From positions 1,540 to 65,539 of the forward strand of contig CAYPND010000012.1 of NCBI GenBank assembly GCA_964412175.1: 64,000 nucleotides of DNA, in the 5' to 3' direction. Every line of letters starts with the position of its first letter. Position 1 is the stretch's first letter. Below the pieces are notes generated by a model. That model was not told where the DNA came from, ran no database searches, and saw only the letters and a list, made by a program, of their open reading frames with translations. Both the position numbers and the translations under genes were made by a program. Source of the DNA: an uncultured Microbacteriaceae bacterium. Its GTDB lineage: Bacteria > Actinomycetota > Actinomycetes > Actinomycetales > Microbacteriaceae. Below are positions 47,486-57,939 of this stretch, one piece after another.

Positions 47486-48648
47486 ACCTGGACCCGCCCA
47501 TCCCCAGTTCCGAGGTCACCCTCGAGCGGCTCGACCCGCTCTCCGCGGCCGCCGCGCGCCCCATCACGACGGGGGCCGCGCTCCTCGCGCTCGCGCTCCC
47601 TCCGGTCACGGTGCTGAGCCGTTCGTACGAGGTGACGCAGCCGATCTGGCTCATCGTGTCGTTCACGGCCCTTGCCGCGGCGGTCTGGCTGCTGCTCGAC
47701 CGCTCTCGGGCATCCCGACCCCTATGGCGACCCGCGGCGGCGCAAGTGTTCCAGGTGCTGCTCGCGTCGGTGCTCGTCACGAGCGCAGCCTCGACCGCGG
47801 GGGCCAACGCGCTCATCCGCGACGACTGGGCCCCGCTCGTCGTCGGCGTGCTACTCGTTGCGAGCACGCCCTACCGGCCCGCGCGCGAAATCATGTTCTG
47901 GACGATCGTGCACACGCTGCTCGGCGCGGCGCTCGGTGTGGTGCAGTCGCCCTCGGCATCAACCGATGTGCCCGTGTTGACGCTTGCCGTCACGGGCTCG
48001 TTCAGCGTCGCCGTCATGGGATTCGCGGCCGCCGCCTACGCGCGCTCGCTCAACAGCTCGACCCAGCTGTGGCACGACCGCGCGTGGCAATCAGCCGCGG
48101 CGGCCGCGCTCGAGCACCGCAGCGGGGTCGCGCGCTCGGTGCAGCAGCGCCGAGTCTCGCTGCTCAACCGCGAGGTCGTTCCCTACTTGCAGCGCGTCGT
48201 CGAGGCCGGGAGCATCGGCGACGACGACCGCGACGAGGCCCGCCGGCTCGCCCGCAGTATCCGCACCCTGCTCGTGACCGATGTCGAGAAAACCTGGGCG
48301 AGGCTCATGCTCGACGACCTCGTCGCCCGGCACCCCCGGCTGAACATCACCGCCCTGGCCGACGACCCCGACGATTTGGGTCGCCGGGCTGTGCTCGAGC
48401 GGCGCACGCTGCTACGCGCCCTCGCTGCGATCAGCGTCGAGCGCCTCGCGGCGACCGAGCTCGAGCTGCGGCTCAGCGCGCCCGAGGGCCGGCTCTCCGT
48501 GCAGTGGAGCGTCGCGACGCCGCGACCCCTTCCGGATGCCCTGCGCGAGCTGCGCGCGATGCTCGAGCTCATCCGCGGCCTCACCCTGCGCTCCTCGGTT
48601 CGCGAGCTGCCAGGCCGACTGGTCCTAGAGTTTGAGTATGGATACTGA
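47482..48648 (+). CDS. Multi-TM protein with a kinase-like helical core but no recognisable ATP-binding boxes (degenerate sensor-kinase paralogue)
   Basis: 388 aa from ATG 47482 (ATGA overlap with the kinase). QQRRVSLLNREVVPYL aligns with QRATALLHDTVLNQL of the upstream kinase. No N/G1/G2 boxes seen. Confidence 0.5.
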   Translation: MNLDPPIPSSEVTLERLDPLSAAAARPITTGAALLALALPPVTVLSRSYEVTQPIWLIVSFTALAAAVWLLLDRSRASRPLWRPAAAQVFQVLLASVLVTSAASTAGANALIRDDWAPLVVGVLLVASTPYRPAREIMFWTIVHTLLGAALGVVQSPSASTDVPVLTLAVTGSFSVAVMGFAAAAYARSLNSSTQLWHDRAWQSAAAAALEHRSGVARSVQQRRVSLLNREVVPYLQRVVEAGSIGDDDRDEARRLARSIRTLLVTDVEKTWARLMLDDLVARHPRLNITALADDPDDLGRRAVLERRTLLRALAAISVERLAATELELRLSAPEGRLSVQWSVATPRPLPDALRELRAMLELIRGLTLRSSVRELPGRLVLEFEYGY

Positions 48649-49300
48649 CGCGCGCCCCCGATCCCGGGTGCGGTTGGCGATCCTCGACGACCACGAGCTG
48701 CTGCTCGACAGCCTCTCCTCATGGATCGCCGCACACGCGCTCGACTTCGACCTCGTGCTCACCGCGCCCACCTGGTTCGAACTCGTGCAGAGCGACCAGT
48801 TTCCGACCGACCTTGTTCTGCTCGACTTCCAGCTGCAAGAGCCCGTCTCGATCGAGGCGCGGGTGCGCACCTGCCGCGCGGCCGGGGCGAAGGTCATCGT
48901 GCTCACGAGTCTCGACACTGTCGAGGCCCGCGACCGTGCTTTCGACGCCGGAGCGTCGGCCTTCCTCTCCAAGGCCATGCCTCTGGGCGAGGTCATGGAG
49001 ACGGCGCGCCGGGTCATGGGTATGGAGTCGACAGGCGAGCCCGTGCGCGACTGGCGACCCCTGCCCAAAGGGGCGCAGCATCCCGCCCGCCCGAAGCTCT
49101 CGACGAGCGAGCGCGAGGCGCTCGCCCTATACGCGAGCGGCTACAGCATGGCCGAGGTCGCGAGCCAGATGAACGTGCAGTACGAGACCGCGAAGACCTA
49201 CCTGCGGCGCGTGCGCGAGAAGTACTCCCGCGCAGGGCGTCCGGCGAGCACGAAGGCCGACCTCATCCGACGAGCGGCAGAAGACGGACACCTGCAGTAA
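48638..49300 (+). CDS. LuxR/NarL-family response regulator
   Basis: Receiver (LAILDDHELL, DLVLLDFQL, VLTS, LSKA) and LuxR HTH (LSTSEREALALYASGYSMAEVASQMNVQYETAKTYLRRV). ATG 48638 preferred over TTG 48632. Confidence 0.88.
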   Translation: MDTDARPRSRVRLAILDDHELLLDSLSSWIAAHALDFDLVLTAPTWFELVQSDQFPTDLVLLDFQLQEPVSIEARVRTCRAAGAKVIVLTSLDTVEARDRAFDAGASAFLSKAMPLGEVMETARRVMGMESTGEPVRDWRPLPKGAQHPARPKLSTSEREALALYASGYSMAEVASQMNVQYETAKTYLRRVREKYSRAGRPASTKADLIRRAAEDGHLQ

Positions 49301-49986
49301 TGGCCAAGCTCTACTTCCGATACGGCGCCATGAACAGCGGCAAGAGCACCTCGCTGCTGCAGGCCGCCTACAACTACGAGGAGCGCGGGCAGACCGTCGT
49401 GCTCGCGAAGCCGCGCATCGACACGAAGGGCGATCAGACGATCGTCTCGCGCCTCGGCGTGACCCGACCGGTCGATTTCACGATCGATGCCGCCGACGAC
49501 GTGTACTCGCGATTCCAGGCGCACCGCGCGGTCATCCTCCGCGCGACGGGCCACGACATCTCCTGCCTGCTCGTTGACGAAGCCCAGTTCCTCACGATGC
49601 CGCAGGTCGACGACCTGCTGCGTATCGCGGTGCGGGAAGACGTTCCTGTCATTGCCTACGGAATCCGCACCGACTTTCAGACCGTCGCCTTCCCCGGCAG
49701 CCGCCGCCTGCTCGAGATCGCGCACTCGCTCGAAGAGCTCAAGACCATCTGCCGTTGCGGCCGCAAGGCGATCTTCAACGGCCGATCCATCGACGGGATC
49801 TTCGTCTTCGACGGCGACCAGGTGGCGATCGACGGGGTCGATGTCACGTATGAGTCGCTGTGCGCCGCCTGCTACCTCGACGAGTCGGATGACAATCTGG
49901 CATCGGGATGGCGGGCTCCTGTTCCCCTCGACGCGGTCGACCCGCTCGCGTCGGGGCCGCTCGGCCCCGACGCCGACTTCAGCTGA
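49300..49986 (+). CDS. tdk: Thymidine kinase
   Basis: MAKLYFRYGAMNSGKSTSLL (P-loop), VDEAQFL, C-terminal Zn ribbon CRCGRKA...LCAACY. TAATG overlap with the regulator stop. Confidence 0.93.
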   Translation: MAKLYFRYGAMNSGKSTSLLQAAYNYEERGQTVVLAKPRIDTKGDQTIVSRLGVTRPVDFTIDAADDVYSRFQAHRAVILRATGHDISCLLVDEAQFLTMPQVDDLLRIAVREDVPVIAYGIRTDFQTVAFPGSRRLLEIAHSLEELKTICRCGRKAIFNGRSIDGIFVFDGDQVAIDGVDVTYESLCAACYLDESDDNLASGWRAPVPLDAVDPLASGPLGPDADFS

Positions 49987-50053
49987 CAGTGGTTCGTCGG
50001 TCGCGGCGCGCGCGTTGTCAGAGCGCTCGCGCTTCGACACCACGAAGGCACCT

Positions 50054-50092
50054 ACGAGAAATGGGACCGCCATAGGCAGTCCCATTTCTCGT
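50054..50092. terminator. Perfect 14-bp-stem hairpin between tdk and tRNA-Pro
   Basis: ACGAGAAATGGGAC, N11 loop, GTCCCATTTCTCGT. Abuts the 3' end of the tRNA. Confidence 0.65.
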
Positions 50093-50093
50093 G

Positions 50094-50167
50094 TCGGGGT
50101 AACAGGATTTGAACCTGCGGCCTCGTCGTCCCGAACGACGCGCGCTACCAAGCTGCGCCATACCCCG
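50094..50167 (-). tRNA. tRNA-Pro (anticodon CGG)
   Basis: Reverse complement reads CGGGGTATGGCGCAGCTTGGTAGCGCGCGTCGTTCGGGACGACGAGGCCGCAGGTTCAAATCCTGTTACCCCGA. Cloverleaf with 7-bp acceptor stem, anticodon loop TTCGGGA, T-loop GGTTCAAATCC. Confidence 0.93.
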
Positions 50168-50196
50168 GTGCCGCCCCGGCGAACCGAGACAACCCG

Positions 50197-51147
50197 TCAA
50201 GAATAGCCGATGTCGTCGCCCACGAGTGTCACAAGCACGGCCTCGGGAGGGCAGGCGAATCGCACGGGAGCGTAGATCGACGTGCCGATGCCTGCCGAGA
50301 CGTTCAGGTAGGAGGCCTCGTGGGCGTGGTTCCAGACCGATAGCCCGCGCGCTCGGTCGCGCGGTAGGTCGCAATTGGTGATGATCGCTCTGCCGCCGGG
50401 CAGACACACCTGACCACCGTGCGTGTGGCCCGCGAAGATCAGGTCGGCGCGCTGGGTCGTGAACGCGTTCAGCACGCGCTGGTACGGCGCGTGGGTGACG
50501 CCGATCATGACGGCCGGGTCGTCGGTGTCGTCGTCGTCGAGCTCGCGCAGGGCATCCACGAGCCCGGGCAGGCGGTCGAGGCGGTCCCACCCGCGGTGGG
50601 CGTCAGCGGTTCCCATGAACTCGAGAATCGAGCCGTTGATGGTGAGTTGGGCGACCGCGTTGTTGAGCGGATGCCACCCGAGCCGACCGTGCAGCAGCGC
50701 GTCGAGGCCCTCGGTGTCGAGCCGTACGGCCGTCTCGGTCTCGCCTTTCGATGGGCCCATGAGGTAGCGCAGCGGGTTCTTGGGCGTCGGCGCGAAGTAG
50801 TCGTTCGACCCGTGCGCGAACACCCCCGGCACGCCGTCGAAAGGCATGAAGGCCTCGATGAGCGTCGGCAGGGCATCCGCGTGCCCCAGGTTGTCGCCCG
50901 TGTTGATGATGAGGTCGGGTTTGAGAGCGACGAGAGAGCGCACCCACGCGACCTTCTCGTGCTGCCAGGGGGCGAGGTGCAGGTCACTGAGGTGCAGCAC
51001 GCGGATCGGGTCGGCACCGGGCACCAGCACGGGCACGGTCTCGCGGCGCACGCGGTACGCCCGCCGCTCGATCGCCGCGCCGTACACGGCCGTAGCCGCC
51101 GCGATCCCGAGGGATGCGGCGGCCACGATACGTGCTGATGGGGGCAT
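50197..51147 (-). CDS. Calcineurin-like metallophosphoesterase (membrane-anchored)
   Basis: VLHLSDLHL, NTGDNLGH, GSNDYF, THAPY, AGHTHGGQ. ATG 51147 (TGATG overlap with the PBP gene) or GTG 51153. Confidence 0.85.
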   Translation of the reverse strand: MPPSARIVAAASLGIAAATAVYGAAIERRAYRVRRETVPVLVPGADPIRVLHLSDLHLAPWQHEKVAWVRSLVALKPDLIINTGDNLGHADALPTLIEAFMPFDGVPGVFAHGSNDYFAPTPKNPLRYLMGPSKGETETAVRLDTEGLDALLHGRLGWHPLNNAVAQLTINGSILEFMGTADAHRGWDRLDRLPGLVDALRELDDDDTDDPAVMIGVTHAPYQRVLNAFTTQRADLIFAGHTHGGQVCLPGGRAIITNCDLPRDRARGLSVWNHAHEASYLNVSAGIGTSIYAPVRFACPPEAVLVTLVGDDIGYS

Positions 51148-53738
51148 CAGCACTCGGTCTTCGAGACCGTCAGTGTGATGGTGGTCTCGTACTTGATCGC
51201 TGTACCGGCAGCAGGGTCTTGAGCGGTCACTCGATCCGGCTGCGGCCCCGGGCCTGGCCCAGGCCCGGGGCTCGGGCCAGGCTCAGGCGGATACTCGACG
51301 CAGACCTCGCTGATGTTCGTGAACCCGGCGTCTTGCAGAATATCGACGGCGTCGTTGAAGTCGACACCGGCCGAGACGACATCGGGCACGCGCACGAGGT
51401 TGCCGAGGCTCGTCGTCACAGTGACGGTCGTGCCCTTGGCGAGCAGCGTGCCCGGTGTCGGGGAGGCGGACACGATGAGACCGGCCTCGAGGTCGGAGTC
51501 GACCGCGTCGCCCTGCGCGAACCGGAAGCCGAGGCCCTCGAGCAGCGACTTGGCCTGCTCGAGCGTCTGACCCGCAAGGTCGGGCAGGATGACGCCGGAG
51601 CCTGTCAGCAGTCGAGCGGGGGGCGCGGGGAACGCGTCGCCGCCGTACTGCGCGTTGAGAACGGCATGCGCTGCACGGAACACGTTGTGCCTCATGAGTG
51701 TTCCGCTCGGCAGCACGTTGATCGTGACCTTGCCGGTGACATTGCCCACAAAAACCGCGGTCGTGATGCGCGAGGTACCGCCCACGATCCAGGTGTCGAC
51801 GGCCGCGTCGGTCGTCCCCGTCTTGGCGATCATGGGTACGCCGTCGCCAACGCGCGCCACGCGCGCCGTTCCGAGGTCGAACATGCGGGCCATCGGCGCT
51901 GCTGCCGCAGCGGCGACTTCTGCCGAGATGGCGCGACGACAATCCACCTGCTGTCCAGGAAGTTCCTTGCCATCGCGATCGACGAATCGGTCGACGATGA
52001 TTGGTTCGCAGTAGATGCCACCGCTCGCGATCGCCGCGTACGCGGCCGCCATCGTGAGCGGTGCAATCTCGTTTGTTCCGAGAATGGCGGCGGGGTTGGT
52101 CCTGAGCGGGTCGCCGTCTGCCCGGTGCACACCCATTGCTTCGGCCGTCTTGCGGATCTCGCACAGGTCGAGTTGCTCGGCCATCGAGGCGAACGCAGTA
52201 TTGACCGACTGCAGAGTCGCGTCGAACGCGCTCAGGGCGGGAGCCGACGGGCTAAAGTTGCGGATACGCCACGTATTGCCCCACGGTCCACCGCCGTCCG
52301 GACAGGTGTCGGTGAACCCTGCTTGGTTGATCTGGGTGCGTGTTGCGTCGACGACCTCGTTGAGGCCGCGGTTTTGCTCGAGCCACTCGATGAGCGTGAA
52401 GATCTTGTAGGTCGACCCGACCTGGAAGCCGCTCGAACCGCCGTAGGGACGATCGGTCGCGTAGTTGATGGCCGTCGTGCCCGGAGCACCACCACCCGAC
52501 TCGATACTGCGGTCGTCGAAGGTGCGGTTCTGCGCCATGGTCACGACGCGGCCGGTGTTCGACTCGACCGAGACCGCGGCCGCGCCCACATCGATCCGAC
52601 CGTCGGTGGCCGGCACCGTCGCCCACATCTGGTCTTGTGTGGCGATCTGGGCCGAGAGATTGAGGGTCGTGTAGACGTCGTAGCCGCCGAGCTGCCAGGC
52701 GGTCTCGCGCTCTTCGACCGTCTCGCCCAGGGTCTCGAAGTCTCCCACGCTCTTGATCACGTAGTCGCAGAAGAACTTGGCGTACGGGTCTGCTGCGTAG
52801 CAGCCGCTCTTCGGCGGGTTGATCGAGACAAAGTTCTCGTCGACCGGAATCGCGATGGCCTCACGGTATTCGGCCTCGGTGATGTACCCCTCGCCCCACA
52901 TGAAGCCGAGAATGACATCGCGGCGATCTTGGTTCGCTTCGTAGTTGTCGGGGCTGCCGAGCGAGCGGGCGCCCGGCTTTTGCACGATCGCGATGAGGCT
53001 CGCGGCCTGGGCGATCGTGACGTCGGCGGCGGAGACGCCGAAGTACTGCTGCGCCGCCGCCTCGATGCCATAGGTGTTGCCGCCGAAGCCGGCGATGTTG
53101 AGGTACGCCAGCAGGATCTCGTCCTTGGTGTACTCCTTCTCGAGGCCGATGGCGAGTTTCGCCTCTTTCAGCTTGCGCTCGAGGGTCTGCTCCTGGGCCT
53201 GGGCGATGAGGTCGTCGCGCTCTTCGATCGTGTCGGCCTTGAGAGCCTCGGTAATGAAGATGTTCTTGACGAGCTGCATGGTGAGCGTCGAGGCACCGCC
53301 CTCGATTCCACCGGAGGCGACGTTGCCGAGCGCCGTGCGCACGATCGACTGCACGTCGACGCCGTTGTGGTCGTAGAAGCGGCGGTCTTCACCGGCGACG
53401 GTCGCGTCTTTCAGGTACTGCGACACGTCGTCCCACGCGACCTCCTCGCGGTTCTCCGCGTAAACGGTCGCAATGGGGGTGTAGCCGTCGGCCGGGTTCG
53501 CGGTGTTCTGGGCGTACAGTACGTTGCGCTGAGACTGCTCGTTGATCTTGATGTACTCGGGCAGGCTCTCAAAAATCCCGATGGTGTTGCTTGCGGCCAT
53601 GCCGGTCACGGCGAGAGCGGGGGTGACCATGACGGTCACGAGCACGCCGGCCAGGGCACTGAGGCCGAGCATCCCGCCGATTGCGCCGATCACTCCGGTC
53701 GCGGTCGAGCCGGAGGCGTTCTGATTCTGGGCAGACAT
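51147..53738 (-). CDS. ponA: Class A penicillin-binding protein (glycosyltransferase + transpeptidase) with C-terminal PASTA domains
   Basis: 863 aa. EDRRFYDHNGVD and GASTLTMQLVKN (GT51). GSTYK and KTGTT (transpeptidase). Two PASTA-like units near the C-terminus. Confidence 0.92.
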   Translation of the reverse strand: MSAQNQNASGSTATGVIGAIGGMLGLSALAGVLVTVMVTPALAVTGMAASNTIGIFESLPEYIKINEQSQRNVLYAQNTANPADGYTPIATVYAENREEVAWDDVSQYLKDATVAGEDRRFYDHNGVDVQSIVRTALGNVASGGIEGGASTLTMQLVKNIFITEALKADTIEERDDLIAQAQEQTLERKLKEAKLAIGLEKEYTKDEILLAYLNIAGFGGNTYGIEAAAQQYFGVSAADVTIAQAASLIAIVQKPGARSLGSPDNYEANQDRRDVILGFMWGEGYITEAEYREAIAIPVDENFVSINPPKSGCYAADPYAKFFCDYVIKSVGDFETLGETVEERETAWQLGGYDVYTTLNLSAQIATQDQMWATVPATDGRIDVGAAAVSVESNTGRVVTMAQNRTFDDRSIESGGGAPGTTAINYATDRPYGGSSGFQVGSTYKIFTLIEWLEQNRGLNEVVDATRTQINQAGFTDTCPDGGGPWGNTWRIRNFSPSAPALSAFDATLQSVNTAFASMAEQLDLCEIRKTAEAMGVHRADGDPLRTNPAAILGTNEIAPLTMAAAYAAIASGGIYCEPIIVDRFVDRDGKELPGQQVDCRRAISAEVAAAAAAPMARMFDLGTARVARVGDGVPMIAKTGTTDAAVDTWIVGGTSRITTAVFVGNVTGKVTINVLPSGTLMRHNVFRAAHAVLNAQYGGDAFPAPPARLLTGSGVILPDLAGQTLEQAKSLLEGLGFRFAQGDAVDSDLEAGLIVSASPTPGTLLAKGTTVTVTTSLGNLVRVPDVVSAGVDFNDAVDILQDAGFTNISEVCVEYPPEPGPSPGPGPGPGPQPDRVTAQDPAAGTAIKYETTITLTVSKTEC

Positions 53739-53789
53739 ATGCTTGAGCCTACGCCACCTGGCTTATGACGACGCTGAATGGACACCGCG

Positions 53790-53954
53790 ATGACGCAATG
53801 GGAGTACCTCACGACTCCGCTCATGATCCACACGACCCAAGCGATCCTCAACAACTGGGGCTCGGAGGGCTGGGAGCTCGTGCAGGTCGTCACCGGACCG
53901 GAGGGCGGGCTCGTCGCCTACTTGAAGCGTCCAATCGCGGGGTCCGCGGCGTGA
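53790..53954 (+). CDS. Small DUF4177-like protein (54 aa; below the ORF-track cutoff)
   Basis: Hand translation: MTQWEYLTTPLMIHTTQAILNNWGSEGWELVQVVTGPEGGLVAYLKRPIAGSAA. GTGA overlap with the next gene. Confidence 0.6.
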   Translation: MTQWEYLTTPLMIHTTQAILNNWGSEGWELVQVVTGPEGGLVAYLKRPIAGSAA

Positions 53955-54412
53955 ACGCGATCGACGCGCGTCTCGCCGAGCTCGGCATCAGCATCCCCGC
54001 GGTGACGAAGCCGGTCGCCGCCTACGTGCCCGCCGTCGTGAGCGGCAATCTCGTCTTCACCGCCGGCCAACTGCCCTTCGTCGACGGCGCGCTGTCGGCG
54101 ACCGGCAAGGTCGGCACCGAGGTCTCGCCCGACGACGCCGTCGGCTACGCGCGCACCGCGGTGCTCAACGCGCTGGCCGCGGCGCAGAGCGTCATCGGCT
54201 CGCTCGACCGCGTGACCCGCGTCGTCAAGGTCGTCGTCTTCGTCGCCTCGACGCCCGAGTTCACCGGCCAGCCCGCCGTCGCGAACGGCGCGTCGACCGT
54301 GCTCGGCGAGATCTTCGGTGAGGCGGGCGCGCACGCGCGCAGCGCCCTCGGCGTCGCGGTGCTTCCGTTGGATGCTCCCGTCGAAGTCGAGCTTATCCTC
54401 GAGTTCGCCTAG
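53951..54412 (+). CDS. RidA/YjgF-family protein
   Basis: 153 aa from GTG 53951. VSGNLVFTAGQLP ... RSALGVAVLPLDAPVEVE. Confidence 0.8.
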   Translation: MNAIDARLAELGISIPAVTKPVAAYVPAVVSGNLVFTAGQLPFVDGALSATGKVGTEVSPDDAVGYARTAVLNALAAAQSVIGSLDRVTRVVKVVVFVASTPEFTGQPAVANGASTVLGEIFGEAGAHARSALGVAVLPLDAPVEVELILEFA

Positions 54413-54527
54413 CCCGCGTCGGGCGGCCGCGCCGTCGGCGCGCGGCTCGTGCTTCTCACGGAAACGGACACCTCCCACGGCACGAAGCGTGCGAGGTGTC
54501 CGTTTCCGTGCGAGGTGCGGGCGCGAC

Positions 54528-56498
<1,971 letters not shown>

Positions 56499-56643
56499 CC
56501 TTGGTCGATGTGAAGCGGACTGGCCTGGTCTGCCGACTTCGAAACAGTGAACATCCCCATCCTAGGGCGCGTGATTCTGTCCCCCATCGGGGGACATTTT
56601 GCCGAGTCCTCCCTATGGAGGACAAAACGGGGGGCGAATTCGC

Positions 56644-56671
56644 TTGACGTGCCGATTCCGGCGCATACACT
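56644..56671 (+). promoter_or_regulatory. Sigma-70-like promoter candidate (TTGACG, N16, TACACT) facing the 6C hairpins and Tad locus
   Basis: Read directly: cgcTTGACGtgccgattccggcgcaTACACTtgag. Confidence 0.4.
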
Positions 56672-56699
56672 TGAGGGGTCAGCAGCAAGCCTGACTTAG

Positions 56700-56771
56700 G
56701 CAACGCGAACGATTCCCCCCAATCACGTGTTGCTGTGGCGGCGTCCGATTCCCCCCAATGCGGACGCCGCC
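56700..56771 (+). ncRNA. 6C-family small RNA core (two stem-loops, each with an AUUCCCCCCAAU loop)
   Basis: SL1: GCAACGCG (56700..56707) pairs with CGTGTTGC (56726..56733), one G-U. SL2: GGCGGCGTCCG (56737..56747) pairs with CGGACGCCGCC (56761..56771), perfect. Both loops carry CCCCCC. Transcript ends are not defined. Confidence 0.7.
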
Positions 56772-56814
56772 CCTGACGTTAAGCCGCATTCCGCTCCACG
56801 CGGCACAGCACCGC

Positions 56815-56841
56815 GATGGCCCCTCCTCATGAGGGGCCATC
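56815..56841 (+). terminator. 11-bp-stem hairpin downstream of the 6C hairpins, 67 nt before the Tad ATPase start
   Basis: GATGGCCCCTC, loop CTCAT, GAGGGGCCATC. Confidence 0.4.
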
Positions 56842-56907
56842 GTCGTCTCCGCCCCCGGATGCCCTCCGCGCGCCGCGCCGCCCGCCCCACCCGGGCATCC
56901 TCGAGCG

Positions 56908-57939
56908 GTGCAGCCCTTCGTGCCTCGAGACCCCCGGGCGCCCGCGACCGTCGGTGCGCGACCGCAGTCGGTGGCGGCGCGTGCCGAGGTGCCCGAGCGC
57001 CGCATCCCTCCCGCGGCGCGCGCGGCGCTCGGCCCGCTCGCCGCGGTCGTCGCCGACGCCGCGGCGACCGACGTGTTCGTCACCGCCGACGGGGGCGTGT
57101 GGCGCGACCGGGGCGGCGGGGCCGAGCGCGTGCCGGGGCTGCGGCTCGAGCCCGACGCCGCGCGCGCCCTCGCCGTCGGCCTCATCGCGGCAGGCGGGCG
57201 GCACGTCGACGAGGCGACGCCATGCGCCGACGTGCGCCTGGGCGACGGCATGCGCGTGCATGTCGCCCTGCCGCCGATCGCGTGGGGCGGCACGGCCATC
57301 TCGGTTCGCCTGCCGCGCGTGCAGCGACTCACGCTCGACCGCTGGGGCCTCGACGGCGCGACCCTGACAGTGCTGCGCGCGGCGCTCGTCGACCGCCGCA
57401 CCGTGCTGTTCACGGGGGCGACGGGCAGCGGCAAGACGACCCTGATGGCCGCGTGGCTCAGCGACGCACTCGCATCCGATCGCATCGTCATCATCGAAGA
57501 CGTCGCCGAGGCCCCGATCTCCCACCCGCACCTCGTCGCGCTCGAGTGCCGGCAGCCCAACATGGAGGGCGCGGGCGGCGTCGATCTCGCGCGGCTCGTG
57601 CGCGAGGCGCTGCGCATGCGTCCCGACCGGCTCGTGGTGGGCGAGTGCCGCGGCGCCGAGATCCGCGAGTTCCTCGCCGCACTCAACACGGGCCACCGAG
57701 GCGGCGCCGGCACCCTGCACGCGAACTCTCTTCTCGACGTCGCCTCGCGGCTCGAGGCCGTCGGCATGATCGCCGGGCTCGGCCCCGAGGCGCTCGCCCG
57801 CCAGGCGATGAGCGGCATCGACCTCGTCGTGCATCTCGAGCGCGACGGCGCCGGCACCCGGCGCGCGGCACTCGGGCGGTTGGCGCTCGACGAGCGCGAG
57901 CGGCTGCGCGTCGAGCCGCTTCCGGGAGGGGGCGCATGA
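56908..57939 (+). CDS. TadA/CpaF-like type II/IV secretion ATPase
   Basis: 343 aa. FTGATGSGKTTL (Walker A), IVIIEDVAE (Walker B), VGECRGAE, and a His-box region. Confidence 0.88.
   Translation: MQPFVPRDPRAPATVGARPQSVAARAEVPERRIPPAARAALGPLAAVVADAAATDVFVTADGGVWRDRGGGAERVPGLRLEPDAARALAVGLIAAGGRHVDEATPCADVRLGDGMRVHVALPPIAWGGTAISVRLPRVQRLTLDRWGLDGATLTVLRAALVDRRTVLFTGATGSGKTTLMAAWLSDALASDRIVIIEDVAEAPISHPHLVALECRQPNMEGAGGVDLARLVREALRMRPDRLVVGECRGAEIREFLAALNTGHRGGAGTLHANSLLDVASRLEAVGMIAGLGPEALARQAMSGIDLVVHLERDGAGTRRAALGRLALDERERLRVEPLPGGGA

Noticed and set aside
50094-51153. Integrative element at tRNA-Pro.
   Set aside because: No integrase or recombinase, no duplicated tRNA 3' segment, and the adjacent genes (tdk, metallophosphoesterase, ponA) are core-type.
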